In this document: positions 23,534 to 32,097 of the stretch, in pieces
Position numbering within the stretch: position 1 is the first letter of the stretch
Layout: each line of letters starts with the position of its first letter
DNA from: Gemmatimonadales bacterium
GTDB taxonomy: Bacteria; Gemmatimonadota; Gemmatimonadetes; Gemmatimonadales; GWC2-71-9
Assembly (NCBI GenBank): GCA_035707305.1
Contig: DASSUE010000187.1
Coordinates: forward strand, 1 to 44,675
Direction: 5' to 3'
Length of the DNA: 44,675 nt
Position numbers and translations under genes: made by a program
The notes under the pieces: generated by a model
The model's database searches: none
What the model was told of the DNA's origin: nothing
The model's input: only the letters and a program-made list of their open reading frames with translations

Positions 23534-24492
23534 TCGTCCATTCTGCCGAGAATTCGCTGATTGCCGCGCTGCCGGGAAGCGAGCGGCTTGGGACCGATCT
23601 GGCCGAGCGACTCGGCGGCCGGCGTCAACTGGTCGAGATGCGGCGCTTCCCGGATGGTGAGTCGTACGTCCGAATCAATGGTCAGCTGCGGGACACACCG
23701 CTCGTGATCGTCGGACCGCTCGATCGACCCGACGAGAAGCTCCTGCCGCTGCTCCTCCTCGCCGCCACCGCACGCGAGCTCGGCGCCACCGAGGTGGGGC
23801 TGGTCGCACCCTACCTCGCCTATCTGCGGCAGGACCGTCGCTTCCGCCCCGGGGAGGCCGTGAGCGCGGTCCATTTCGCGAGGCTGTTGTCCGACCGCTT
23901 CGACTGGGTGGTGACTATTGAGCCGCACCTGCATCGCCTCCGAAATCTCGGCGACATCTACCAGGTGCCGGCCCGCGCGGTGAGTGCCGGACGGCTGATC
24001 GCCGCCTGGATTCGGGCCAACGTTCAGCGGCCCGTGATCATCGGCCCTGACGAGGAGAGCCGGCAGTGGGTGGAGCCGGTCGCTGCCGCGGCGGATGCCC
24101 CGTTCATCGTCGTGCGGAAATGCCGCGTCGGTGACTTCCACGTTGAGGTGTCGCTGCCGGACTTGGCAGCGTTCCGGGATCGAACACCCGTCGTTCTCGA
24201 CGACATCATATCAACGGGGGGCACGGTGGAGCAGATCGTTCGTATGCTGGTCGGCGCCGGATTTCCGGCTCCCGCCTCCATCGCGGTGCACGGGATATTC
24301 GCGGGCGACGCCTACGAGCGGATCGTCAACGCCGGTGCGAAGGTCATCGTGACCTGCAACACCATACCGCACGTGAGCAACGCTATCGATGTGACGGCTC
24401 ACTTAGCGGCAGCGGCGCGGGCGATGCTGGAGCGCACGGCGGAGGGATGGAACGAGCGTGCATCCCCGTCCGCAATCGCGGTGGAGCAATAA
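23530..24492 (+). CDS. Ribose-phosphate pyrophosphokinase (Prs)-family protein
   Basis: ATGA overlap with the upstream gene. Contains RRFPDGESYVRI, VAPYLAYLRQDRRF and the PRPP loop VVLDDIISTGGT. Confidence 0.8.
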   Translation: MIVHSAENSLIAALPGSERLGTDLAERLGGRRQLVEMRRFPDGESYVRINGQLRDTPLVIVGPLDRPDEKLLPLLLLAATARELGATEVGLVAPYLAYLRQDRRFRPGEAVSAVHFARLLSDRFDWVVTIEPHLHRLRNLGDIYQVPARAVSAGRLIAAWIRANVQRPVIIGPDEESRQWVEPVAAAADAPFIVVRKCRVGDFHVEVSLPDLAAFRDRTPVVLDDIISTGGTVEQIVRMLVGAGFPAPASIAVHGIFAGDAYERIVNAGAKVIVTCNTIPHVSNAIDVTAHLAAAARAMLERTAEGWNERASPSAIAVEQ

Positions 24493-24530
24493 CAGCTGCG
24501 GCCGGGGCCGCAATCGAGGCCTCCAAGATC

Positions 24531-25967
24531 TTAGCCTTTCACCACACCGATCGGCCGGAGGCGCGCAACCTTGCGGGCGAGGCCGGCCTGGTTCACGACG
24601 CTCACGACCCGTTCCACGTCCTTGTACGCGGTTGGGGCTTCCTCGGCGAGCTCGCCGCTGGACGGACACCGAACGACGATCCCCTGGCGCTCCAGCTCCT
24701 TGCGCACCTCCGCCCCTGCGCGGAGCCGCTTGGCTTCGCCCCGGCTCATGGCCCTGCCGGCTCCGTGGCAGGTGCTCCCGAAGCTCAGGCCGAGCGCCGC
24801 GTCGGTGCCGGCCAGCACATACGATGCCGTGCCCATGCTCCCGGGAATGAAGACCGGCTGGCCCACGGAGCGATAGCGTTGCGGTGTTTCCCGATGGGAT
24901 GGACCGAAGGCACGGGTGGCGCCCTTACGATGCACGCAGACCTGCTCGTCACCGTGCTGCTCGAGCTTGGCGATGTTGTGAGCGACGTCGTAGACCAGGG
25001 ACAGACATCCGGCATCGCCGAAGACACGGGAGAAAACGGTGCGGGCGCTGTGGGTGATCGCCTGCCGGTTGGACCAGGCGAAGTTCGCGGCGGCGCACAT
25101 CGCGGCGAAGTAGTCCTGGCCCTCGGGGGAAGCGAGCGGCGCGCAGGCGAGCTGCCGGTCGGGGAGCCGGATGCCGTAGCGCTCCATCACCTGGTCCATC
25201 AGGCGCACATAATCCGTGCACACCTGGTGACCGAGACCGCGCGAGCCGGTGTGGATCAGGACGGTGATCTGGTCGGCGTGGAGCCCGTACACCCGGGCCG
25301 CCTCGGTGTCGAAGATCTCGTCGACGACCTGCACCTCGACGAAGTGGTTTCCCGAGCCGATCGTGCCGAGCTGGTTGTGTCCCCGCTGCTTCGCGCGGGC
25401 GGAGACCTTGGCCGCGTCGGCGCCTGCGAGAGCGCCCCCCGCCTCGATGGTGGGGATGTCCTCGGGGAGCGCGAGTCCCAGCTCGGTGAGGTAGCCGCAT
25501 CCCTCCTGCAGGACGCGGTCGAGCTCGGCCGTTCCGAGGTCGAGTCGCGCGTGCCGGGCCGGGCCGGAGGGAATGCTCCGGCTCAGGTCGTGAACGGCCT
25601 CTTCGAGATGCTGGCGGGCGGCGGAAAGCTCGAGCGCAGAGGCGAGCAGGCGCACGCCGCAATTAATGTCGTATCCCACACCTCCCGGGGAGATCACGCC
25701 GTCGGCGGCACGCATCGCCGCCACGCCACCCACGGGGAAGCCGTAGCCTTCGTGCACATCGGGCATGGCGTAGACGCAGCCGGTCGCGCCCGGCAGCGTG
25801 GCGACGTTGACCGCCTGCTCCAGGGAGCGGTCATCCGCGATCTGCTGCCACAGCTCGTCATCGGCATAGATCCGGACCGGTACCCGCATGTCCGCCCGAG
25901 CGCTCACCGGAATCTCCCGGAGTAGCGGCGTGACTTGGACAATCGGGAACGGAGCGGCGTTGGTCAT
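24531..25967 (-). CDS. rtcB: RtcB RNA 3'-phosphate ligase
   Basis: The start at ATG 25967 makes an ATGA overlap with the archease stop. Long RtcB-typical blocks are present: AMPDVHEGYGFPVGGV, GGVGYDINCGVR, GSGNHFVEVQ, IHTGSRGLGHQV, NFAWSNRQ, HNIAKLE, KGATRAF, PGSMGTASY, CHGAGR. Confidence 0.95.
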   Translation of the reverse strand: MTNAAPFPIVQVTPLLREIPVSARADMRVPVRIYADDELWQQIADDRSLEQAVNVATLPGATGCVYAMPDVHEGYGFPVGGVAAMRAADGVISPGGVGYDINCGVRLLASALELSAARQHLEEAVHDLSRSIPSGPARHARLDLGTAELDRVLQEGCGYLTELGLALPEDIPTIEAGGALAGADAAKVSARAKQRGHNQLGTIGSGNHFVEVQVVDEIFDTEAARVYGLHADQITVLIHTGSRGLGHQVCTDYVRLMDQVMERYGIRLPDRQLACAPLASPEGQDYFAAMCAAANFAWSNRQAITHSARTVFSRVFGDAGCLSLVYDVAHNIAKLEQHGDEQVCVHRKGATRAFGPSHRETPQRYRSVGQPVFIPGSMGTASYVLAGTDAALGLSFGSTCHGAGRAMSRGEAKRLRAGAEVRKELERQGIVVRCPSSGELAEEAPTAYKDVERVVSVVNQAGLARKVARLRPIGVVKG

Positions 25968-26386
25968 ATGTCGAGGATGACCTCCGCTTCGATCATGCTG
26001 TTCACCTCGCGCACGTGCAGCGCATGCATCGTGGCCGCCTTGACCAGCCCTCTCACCTGCGGAACCTCGACGCCCCGCACCGTGGCCACCACCGACGTGC
26101 CGTCCGCGCGGTCTATCTGAAATTCCGTAGCGACCCACCGGTCGGTCTCGGCCAGGAAGATCAGCTCGTTCAGCCAGTCTACCAACAGCCGCTCGCGGTC
26201 GGGCGCGGTGAGCCGGAGTTGCCGGCGGCCCGCCGCGGGAGCCGAGTGGCCGCGCGGAAGCTGGAGTTCGGCGACCGCACGCCCCGATTCGGCGAGAAGG
26301 TCGGCGAACGACCCCGCCCGGACGCGAAGCTGAATCTCTGACGTATGGTCGATCAGCTCGTGGGAAGGGGCGGGCCCGTGGCTCAT
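25964..26386 (-). CDS. Archease (RtcB activator)
   Basis: About 140 aa from the ATG at 26386, with GAGGG upstream (the track ORF starts at GTG 26401). HELIDHTSEIQLRVRAGSFADLLAE matches the archease N-terminal H-T-A/S-D/E-I motif. Translationally coupled to rtcB. Confidence 0.8.
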   Translation of the reverse strand: MSHGPAPSHELIDHTSEIQLRVRAGSFADLLAESGRAVAELQLPRGHSAPAAGRRQLRLTAPDRERLLVDWLNELIFLAETDRWVATEFQIDRADGTSVVATVRGVEVPQVRGLVKAATMHALHVREVNSMIEAEVILDI

Positions 26387-26443
26387 GCCGCCCTCTCGCA
26401 CTTAGGCAAGTGCCCGGCGCAGGAGCGGGTGGCTTCGAGCGCT

Positions 26444-26553
26444 CCGGATTGTATTCCCGCGCGGTGTGATCGCACCACGAAGTTCACCGGCCGGAGCGCT
26501 GCGGGTCGGATGCGTCGCGAGCCATCCATCGCACGGCACGCCACCGCGCCACC
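26444..26553 (+). repeat. Copy 2 of the ~110-nt intergenic repeat (partner at 16188-16297)
   Basis: See copy 1. It fills almost the whole gap between the degraded USP gene and the archease gene, in the same absolute orientation as copy 1 although the flanking genes are on the opposite strand. Confidence 0.6.
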
Positions 26554-26555
26554 TC

Positions 26556-27485
26556 TCAGGCGAGCACCGGCGTGACCAGCACCGGCACATCGCTCCCGCG
26601 CACGACCTTGTCAGCCACGCTGCCAAGGACGAGACGCTCCAGCCCACGCCGGCCGTGTGTCCCCAGGGCGATCAGGTCTGCACCAGTCGTCCGGGCGAGG
26701 TCGAGCAGCTCGGCGGCGGCCGGCCGACCGACCACTACGTGAGTTTCGGTAGCAACGCCGCGGGCACACAGGTGCGGAGCCAACGGCTCGAGGAAGGCGA
26801 CTGCCGCGCGGTGTCGAGCCTCGATCCACTCTGGCCCGAGGTTTGGCTGGTGCACCGGCACCGGTGGGATTACCGGCGGCGGGGGTTCAACGACGTGCGC
26901 GAGCACGTACGATGTCGTACCGGCGAGCGCACCCACGGTGAGGGCGGGCTCCAGCACCTCCAGCTCGGCCCGCTCTCCGATGGCCACCAGGATGCGTCGG
27001 TACCCCGTGGCCGGCGGGCTATCGTGCGGCCGGAGCAACAGGATAGGTACCGCGACCGTGCGCAGCAGCCGGTCGGCTACGCTCCCCAACCACATCCGGC
27101 TGAACACGCCGCGCCCATGCGTCGTCATCACCACGAGCTCATCAGGTGGTCCCGCACATACGCGGCCAACCGCTCCGCAGGCGGGCCCTGCAGCAATGTG
27201 GCGGACACCGCGAATCGCTGGCCCTGACGTTTCCCGCTACCTGCTCCACGTAAGCCCGCATCGCGAGCGCGGTCTCCGCCTGTACCTGCTACGCCACCCC
27301 AGCGGCGTCGGAAGCGAGCACCAGGGGCGGCAGTGGGGGTTGGACCGTGACGAGGTGAAGGTGGCGCCGGAGCGCCGGGCCGCAGCGCAGGCGATTGGCA
27401 GCGCTTGCTCGGCGAGCGCCTGCCCATCGAGCGGAACCAGGAGCGACCGGAAACCGATCGCTGGGCGTTCCACCGCCCGGCTCAC
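26556..27485 (-). pseudogene. Tandem universal stress protein, degraded (three frameshifts plus one in-frame TAG)
   Basis: The frames read MSRAVERPAIGFRSLLVPLDGQALAEQALPIACAAARRSGAT | LHLVTVQPPLPPLVLASDAAGVA * QVQAETALAMRAYVEQVAG | KRQGQRFAVSATLLQGPPAERLAAYVRDH | PDELVVMTTHGRGVFSRMWLGSVADRLL... to [20 protein letters not shown]. Together they align with the intact paralog at 33717-34616. The pieces are track ORFs 27237-27485, the end of 27289-28104, 27128-27427 and 26556-27134. Confidence 0.7.
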
Positions 27486-28663
27486 CGGAACCGGAGGAAT
27501 CCCGCCAGCCCGTCGATCGAGCCAGCGAGCTCCTGATCGTCGATGACCATAACTTCCACGCGCTGGCGAAGCGCCTCTTCGAGCGCTTCGTCGACGAGAT
27601 CCTGTACCGCGGCCGGCGCTCCTTCACCCCGGCAGTCGCCCTTGGCGAGTACCAGGCGGCCGGTGTCGCCGCACCGGTAGCCGCTTCCGGTAAGATCGCT
27701 CCGCACGATGAGGGTGCGCAGTTGGCCGCGCGCAAGCGCGCGCAGCGTTTCGCGGGCATCGTTGACCGCCCAGCCGGCCCCCACCGCATTATCCAGTCTC
27801 CGCAGGAGGTCGGCGAGCATCCTCCCGTGGTGCTCCGCGGCGACCTCGAGTGCCAGCGCCTGAATTTCTGCGGGGGTGACGGCCCGTGGGTTCGCCCTGC
27901 GAGTCCCAAGCAGCCGCGCGGCGAGACGCTGCGGCAGGAAGCGACGGAGCGCAGCGGTGTGATCAGCAGGACCCACGAGCAGGAATCCACGATTCGGCGT
28001 ACCGGCGGCGACTGTTTCGAGCGCCTCGACCACCGCGGCGTAGTGTCGGTGCCGTTCCTCCTCGAGCCTGGTGTGATAGCGGTGCTCGCCCCAGCCGGGG
28101 GCATCGGCCCGGTCGGTAACGAACTTGCCCCCGCGCCGCGCCGGCGTGACCGGAGCCGGCAGCTCGACCACCTCGGTCGCGCTTGCCTGGAACACCCGGG
28201 CGTGCGTGCGGTCGACCGCGGCGACTACTACGGTGCCGAGGTCACGTTCCGCGGCCACGAGCTCCAGCAGCCAGGGTGTATCGTCGAGTACGACCCGGGT
28301 TCGGTGCACCCGCGGCAAAGGCACGAGCATGAAGAGATCCAGCGCTTCACACGCGAAGAGCGCCACTCCCCGGGTTCGCGGGAGGGCGGCCGGGCGCTCG
28401 AGGCCCGCAGTGATGCGCCCGAAGTCGCGCTCCACCGCCAGCCGTCGGTCCCGCGCGAGGCCGGTCAGATCGATGGCGCCCGCGCGCGTCTTGATCTCCG
28501 TGAGATAGCGACCCTGGGTGCGGTCGTCGGACTCGAGCCGTACGTAGCAGGAAATGACGTCGTACCGTCCCGGCTCGATCGCGGCGAGCTGCTTCAGTTG
28601 GGCGGCCAAGGCGGTACCTTGCGGCGGTTGCAGGGTCGGGGCGGCGAGTGTGGATGCGGACAT
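27482..28663 (-). CDS. eRF1/Pelota-like protein (bacterial aeRF1, 'baeRF' family)
   Basis: About 393 aa from the ATG at 28663 (the track ORF runs to 28747). The layout looks three-domain. The C-terminal ...VEVMVIDDQELAGSIDGLAGFLRFR matches the eRF1/Pelota domain-3 ending (GGIAAxLRY-like). A central RRGGKF loop occupies the position of the GGQ loop. GTGA overlap with the downstream USP pseudogene. Confidence 0.6.
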   Translation of the reverse strand: MSASTLAAPTLQPPQGTALAAQLKQLAAIEPGRYDVISCYVRLESDDRTQGRYLTEIKTRAGAIDLTGLARDRRLAVERDFGRITAGLERPAALPRTRGVALFACEALDLFMLVPLPRVHRTRVVLDDTPWLLELVAAERDLGTVVVAAVDRTHARVFQASATEVVELPAPVTPARRGGKFVTDRADAPGWGEHRYHTRLEEERHRHYAAVVEALETVAAGTPNRGFLLVGPADHTAALRRFLPQRLAARLLGTRRANPRAVTPAEIQALALEVAAEHHGRMLADLLRRLDNAVGAGWAVNDARETLRALARGQLRTLIVRSDLTGSGYRCGDTGRLVLAKGDCRGEGAPAAVQDLVDEALEEALRQRVEVMVIDDQELAGSIDGLAGFLRFR

Positions 28664-28754
28664 GGCTTCCGGGTCCTCGGCAGATGGTTGGCACCTGGCC
28701 GCCAACATGCGCCGACCAGGATGAGCCCGCGATGAAACCGCGGTCAAGATGCCT

Positions 28755-30158
28755 TCATGCGGGGGCGGCCGGCTGCCGGGCGCGGGGGAGCTCTGCCCGC
28801 ACCCTGAGCCCGCCTCCGTTCACCCGCTCGGCACGCACCTCGCCGCCGTGGAGCTCGATGATGGCCGCGACGAGCGTGAGGCCGAGCCCTGGGCCACTTT
28901 CTCGGCCCCGAGCCGAATCCGCCCGGAAGAACCGTTCGAACAGGTGGGGGAGGAGCTCGGGGGACACTCCCGGACCGTTGTCCTCGACGACCAGGCCGAT
29001 CGAGTCGTCGCTCGACTGGATGGACACCTCCACCAGCGTGCCGGGGGGTGTATGGCGCTTCGCGTTGTCGAGGAGCTGGTCGAGTGCGAGCCCGAGCAGG
29101 CGGGCATCGCCGATGAGCGGTGCCGCTACCATGGGCCGGGTGAACCGGAAGACGTGCGCTCCGATCCGCTGCTGCATCCGCCCCACCGCCCCGGCCGCCA
29201 CCTCGGCAAGCTCGACGGTGTCCCTCGCGATCTCGAGATCGCCGGATTCCAAACGCCCCAGCAAGACCAGCGCATCGCTGATGAGCGTCAGCCGCTCGAT
29301 CTCTTCCATGGCGCTTCCCAGCGTGCGCCGGTATTCGTCCGGCCGGCGTTCGCGCCAGAGAGCGACCTCGACGCCGGCCCGCAGCGCGGTGATGGGCGTG
29401 CGGAGGTCGTGGGCCAGATCCCGGATGATCCGGCGGTGCCAGACCGTCGCGTCCTCGAGGCGGCCAATCATCTCGTTGAGAACCTCGATGAGTCGGCGAA
29501 ACTCCACCACGTCCGCATGTGCCGTGATCCGCTGCGGCTGCCGCCCGCCGGTGACCGCCTTGGCCTGCGCAGCAATGTCCGCCACGGGCGTCAGCGCCCG
29601 GCGCGCGAGCCAGCTCGAGCCGGCGAACGTGGCGAGGGAAGCCAAGACGACGGTGATCACCATGAGCAGGATCATGCTTTGGAGGTCCTGTTGCAGGGGG
29701 ATCAGCGACATTGCGACCTGCACCACCTTGGCGTCGACCGGAGCACCCGGCGGCGCGGCCAGGTAGACGGTGCGAACCGGCTCGCCCTCCAACCGGCTCG
29801 TGGCCCACGCCGGTCCCCCGTTCAATGCGGTGCGGAAGCTGCCCGCATCCACAGTGAGCAATCGGGCCAGTGGCGAGTTTGCCTGAAGGATGCGGCCGTT
29901 GCTGTCCCGCACGACGACGAGTCGGTTGTACGCGCGGAGGGATCGTCGCCCGTCTACGTGGTCGCGATGCTCCGCGATCGTACGATGGGTGCTGAGCACG
30001 TCGACGATGGTCTGCCCCGCGGTGCGCAGCGTCCCGTCGAGCTGCCGGTGCACGATATGGCGCACACCCGCATAGGCCCAGAGCCCGATGAGCGTGAGGG
30101 CGCCGAACATCGTAGCACAGAAGCGCCGCTGAAGCGTCGCCCGGAGGGTGCGCGCCAT
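28755..30158 (-). CDS. Sensor histidine kinase (periplasmic sensor, HAMP, HisKA, HATPase_c)
   Basis: 467 aa with two TM segments flanking a ~150-aa loop. H-box RDLAHDLRTPITAL, N-box LDNAKRHTP, G-boxes EDNGPGV and GPGLGLTLV. Confidence 0.85.
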   Translation of the reverse strand: MARTLRATLQRRFCATMFGALTLIGLWAYAGVRHIVHRQLDGTLRTAGQTIVDVLSTHRTIAEHRDHVDGRRSLRAYNRLVVVRDSNGRILQANSPLARLLTVDAGSFRTALNGGPAWATSRLEGEPVRTVYLAAPPGAPVDAKVVQVAMSLIPLQQDLQSMILLMVITVVLASLATFAGSSWLARRALTPVADIAAQAKAVTGGRQPQRITAHADVVEFRRLIEVLNEMIGRLEDATVWHRRIIRDLAHDLRTPITALRAGVEVALWRERRPDEYRRTLGSAMEEIERLTLISDALVLLGRLESGDLEIARDTVELAEVAAGAVGRMQQRIGAHVFRFTRPMVAAPLIGDARLLGLALDQLLDNAKRHTPPGTLVEVSIQSSDDSIGLVVEDNGPGVSPELLPHLFERFFRADSARGRESGPGLGLTLVAAIIELHGGEVRAERVNGGGLRVRAELPRARQPAAPA

Positions 30159-30164
30159 CGTCGG

Positions 30165-30530
30165 TTAGCCTGCGTCATCCACTGTAAGGGCTTGCATCCG
30201 GTCGAGCAGTTCCTGAAAGCGGAACGGCTTGCTCATGAAATCGGTCGCCCCCGCCGCGAGCGCCTGTCGGCGGTCCTCAGCCGAATCCCGGGCGGTCAGC
30301 ATGAGGATGGGCACGCGCCCGCCCCGCGCGCGCAACTCCGCCGCGACCTCGGGGCCGCTCTTCACCGGAAGCATGAAATCGAGCAGCACGATGTCGTAGC
30401 GATGCTCCGTGGCCATAGCCAGCGCCTCGCCGCCATCGGCCGCACGGTCCACCTCGAATGCTTCCTCGCGCAGGCCCTGCTCCAAAAATCCCGCCACCTT
30501 GTGGTCGTCCTCGACGAGCAGCACCCGCAT
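30165..30530 (-). CDS. Stand-alone receiver-domain response regulator (OmpR-like receiver, no output domain)
   Basis: The ATG at 30530 is preceded by GGAGGG. The 121-aa protein reads MRVLLVEDDHKVAGFLEQGL...VLLDFMLPVKSG...ILMLTARD...KPFRFQELLDRMQAL and stops where the linker would begin. It aligns with the receiver of the full-length regulator at 39456-40154. Confidence 0.8.
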   Translation of the reverse strand: MRVLLVEDDHKVAGFLEQGLREEAFEVDRAADGGEALAMATEHRYDIVLLDFMLPVKSGPEVAAELRARGGRVPILMLTARDSAEDRRQALAAGATDFMSKPFRFQELLDRMQALTVDDAG

Positions 30531-30558
30531 GGATCCCTCCAGGGCTCCGGGCACGGGG

Positions 30559-31908
30559 TCAAACCTCAAAAGGATACGTCTCCGGCAGCTCCGCCTCACC
30601 CTTCTCCCAGACCGGTGTTCGCTCCAGCGGCTCGACCGCGCGCGAATGGTCGTAGTGCAGCACGGCATCGAACTGGCGGGGCAGCGTCGCGAAAAAATAG
30701 TGGCTCATCCGCTCAGTATCGGGCCGGTAGATCACCCCGATGGCCCGTTCCAAATGCGGCCCCACGAGAGCGGCGGCCAGCTCGCCCTGCCGCAAGTCGA
30801 GCAGGAACGCCGGCAGGCCGCAGTTGTGAAAGAGCGCTTCATAGCTGCCGGCCAGCGCGGGGCGCACCCGCTTCCGCTCGGCCGGGGAGTCCCAATCCGA
30901 GGCCGCCGTTACCGTTCCGGTGTAGGTGGTGAATCCCACGAGCACCGCGCGCGCTCCGAAACGCTCGCGAACGAGCTGCCCGAGGTTGAGCTCCCCGTGG
31001 GTGCCCATCTCGGTGGCGCGGGCGTTCCCCAGGTGCGAGTTGTGCGCCCAGACGACCACCTTGGCATGGCGGGCGTCACCACCCAGGAACTGCAGTACGG
31101 CGTCCAGCGTTTCGGCCATGTGCCGGTCTCGCAGGTTCCACGACTCGGTCCGGCTCTGGAACATCACGCGGTAGTACTGCTCGGCGGTGGCGACCACTCT
31201 CGCGTTCTGCTCGGCGAGGAACAGGTCGTCCGCTGCCAGGCGGCCATCCCTCCGGGCATATTCGGCCGCGGAGCCGCGCAGCTCGACCAGCTGCCGTACC
31301 ACCTCGGACTCGCACGACGGCGACAGGCCCAGCGTGGTGGCGTACCCATAGACCTGCGGGTCGGCGCCGAAATGGTCGAAGCAGGCGTACCGACGCTCGG
31401 CCCGCCGGGCCGCCTCCGGATCGGCCAGGCGAAGGTACTGCAGCACCGCCTGCATCGAGGCATGCAGGCTGTAGAGGTCGAGACCGTACACGCCCGCCTT
31501 GCCGCGCTCGTCGCTGATCTCGTCGTTGTGCTCGCGAAGCCAGCCGACGAAGTCGAGCATGTCGGCGTTTCGCCACATCCACTGCGGGAACCGGAGAAAG
31601 CCGCTCAGGGCCTCCGCGGCGTCGCCGTCAGCCGATCGTCCGCGCACGTAGCGATTGACGCGGTAGGCATCGGGCCAATCCGCCTCGATGGCGACACCGA
31701 GAAACCCCTTCTCGCGGATCAGCCGTTTGGTGATCTCGGCACGGATGCGGTAGAACTCGTGGGTCCCATGCGAGGCCTCGCCCAGCAGCACCAGCGGCGC
31801 CTCACCGATGCGATCCAGCAGGAGATCGAAATCGGCTGGAGAGCCGCGCAGCGGATGGGCGGTCTCGCGGACGAGTGCGGCCACGGAACGTGCGTCAGCT
31901 TCGGACAT
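30559..31908 (-). CDS. Erythromycin-esterase (EreA/ChaN-like) family protein
   Basis: 449 aa. LVLLGEASHGTHEFYRIRAEITKRLIREKGFLGVAIEADWPDAYRVNRYVRG is the family's N-terminal signature. First gene of the minus-strand operon that ends with rtcB. Confidence 0.8.
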   Translation of the reverse strand: MSEADARSVAALVRETAHPLRGSPADFDLLLDRIGEAPLVLLGEASHGTHEFYRIRAEITKRLIREKGFLGVAIEADWPDAYRVNRYVRGRSADGDAAEALSGFLRFPQWMWRNADMLDFVGWLREHNDEISDERGKAGVYGLDLYSLHASMQAVLQYLRLADPEAARRAERRYACFDHFGADPQVYGYATTLGLSPSCESEVVRQLVELRGSAAEYARRDGRLAADDLFLAEQNARVVATAEQYYRVMFQSRTESWNLRDRHMAETLDAVLQFLGGDARHAKVVVWAHNSHLGNARATEMGTHGELNLGQLVRERFGARAVLVGFTTYTGTVTAASDWDSPAERKRVRPALAGSYEALFHNCGLPAFLLDLRQGELAAALVGPHLERAIGVIYRPDTERMSHYFFATLPRQFDAVLHYDHSRAVEPLERTPVWEKGEAELPETYPFEV

Positions 31909-31951
31909 GCCTCGTAGGTACCAGCCGGGATCCTCTATCGCGGCGCCTCCA

Positions 31952-31985
31952 AGCCTATCCCACCCTCCATGAAGCCAGCATGATG
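31952..31985 (-). promoter_or_regulatory. Candidate response-regulator box plus -10 for the EreA-like operon
   Basis: The minus strand reads CATCAT-gctgg-CTTCAT-n11-TAGGCT. It ends 43 nt upstream of the ATG at 31908. Confidence 0.4.
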
Positions 31986-32021
31986 ACAGCTATAACGGGC
32001 GCTGCCTGATCGTGAAGGTTT

Positions 32022-32066
32022 CCTCACCGGAGCTTCATCGCCCGGTCAACGCTGGCGCGATAGCGT
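32022..32066 (+). promoter_or_regulatory. Candidate response-regulator box plus -10 for the groEL-USP operon
   Basis: CCTCAC (32022), CTTCAT (32033) and GGTCAA (32044), followed by an 11-nt spacer and TAGCGT (32061-32066). The ATG is at 32098. Confidence 0.45.
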
Positions 32067-32097
32067 GCGGAGGACACTCCAACCGCGGAGATCTCCA

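Noticed and set aside
24447-25925. 492-aa plus-strand ORF
   Set aside because: Antisense to rtcB, whose motifs are unambiguous. Shadow ORF.
27289-27291. In-frame TAG codons (USP here, membrane gene near 37170) as possible stop-codon recoding
   Set aside because: TAG is used as a normal terminator by rrf2, nrfA and other intact genes in the window. The affected genes also carry frameshifts, so pseudogenisation is the simpler reading.
27395-28735. 446-aa plus-strand ORF, and the 27289-28104 minus-strand ORF
   Set aside because: The plus-strand ORF is antisense to the eRF1-like gene. The minus-strand ORF is out of frame with that gene, and only its last ~25 codons (HLHLVTVQPP...) are meaningful, as a piece of the USP pseudogene.
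28749-30932. 727-aa plus-strand ORF, the longest in the track
   Set aside because: It lies antisense to the histidine kinase, the receiver and the EreA-like gene, all of which show textbook motifs. Its translation is Arg/Gly/Pro/Ala-rich with no motif. This is a typical shadow ORF of G+C-rich DNA.
30409-31917. 502-aa plus-strand ORF
   Set aside because: Antisense to the erythromycin-esterase-like gene. Shadow ORF.
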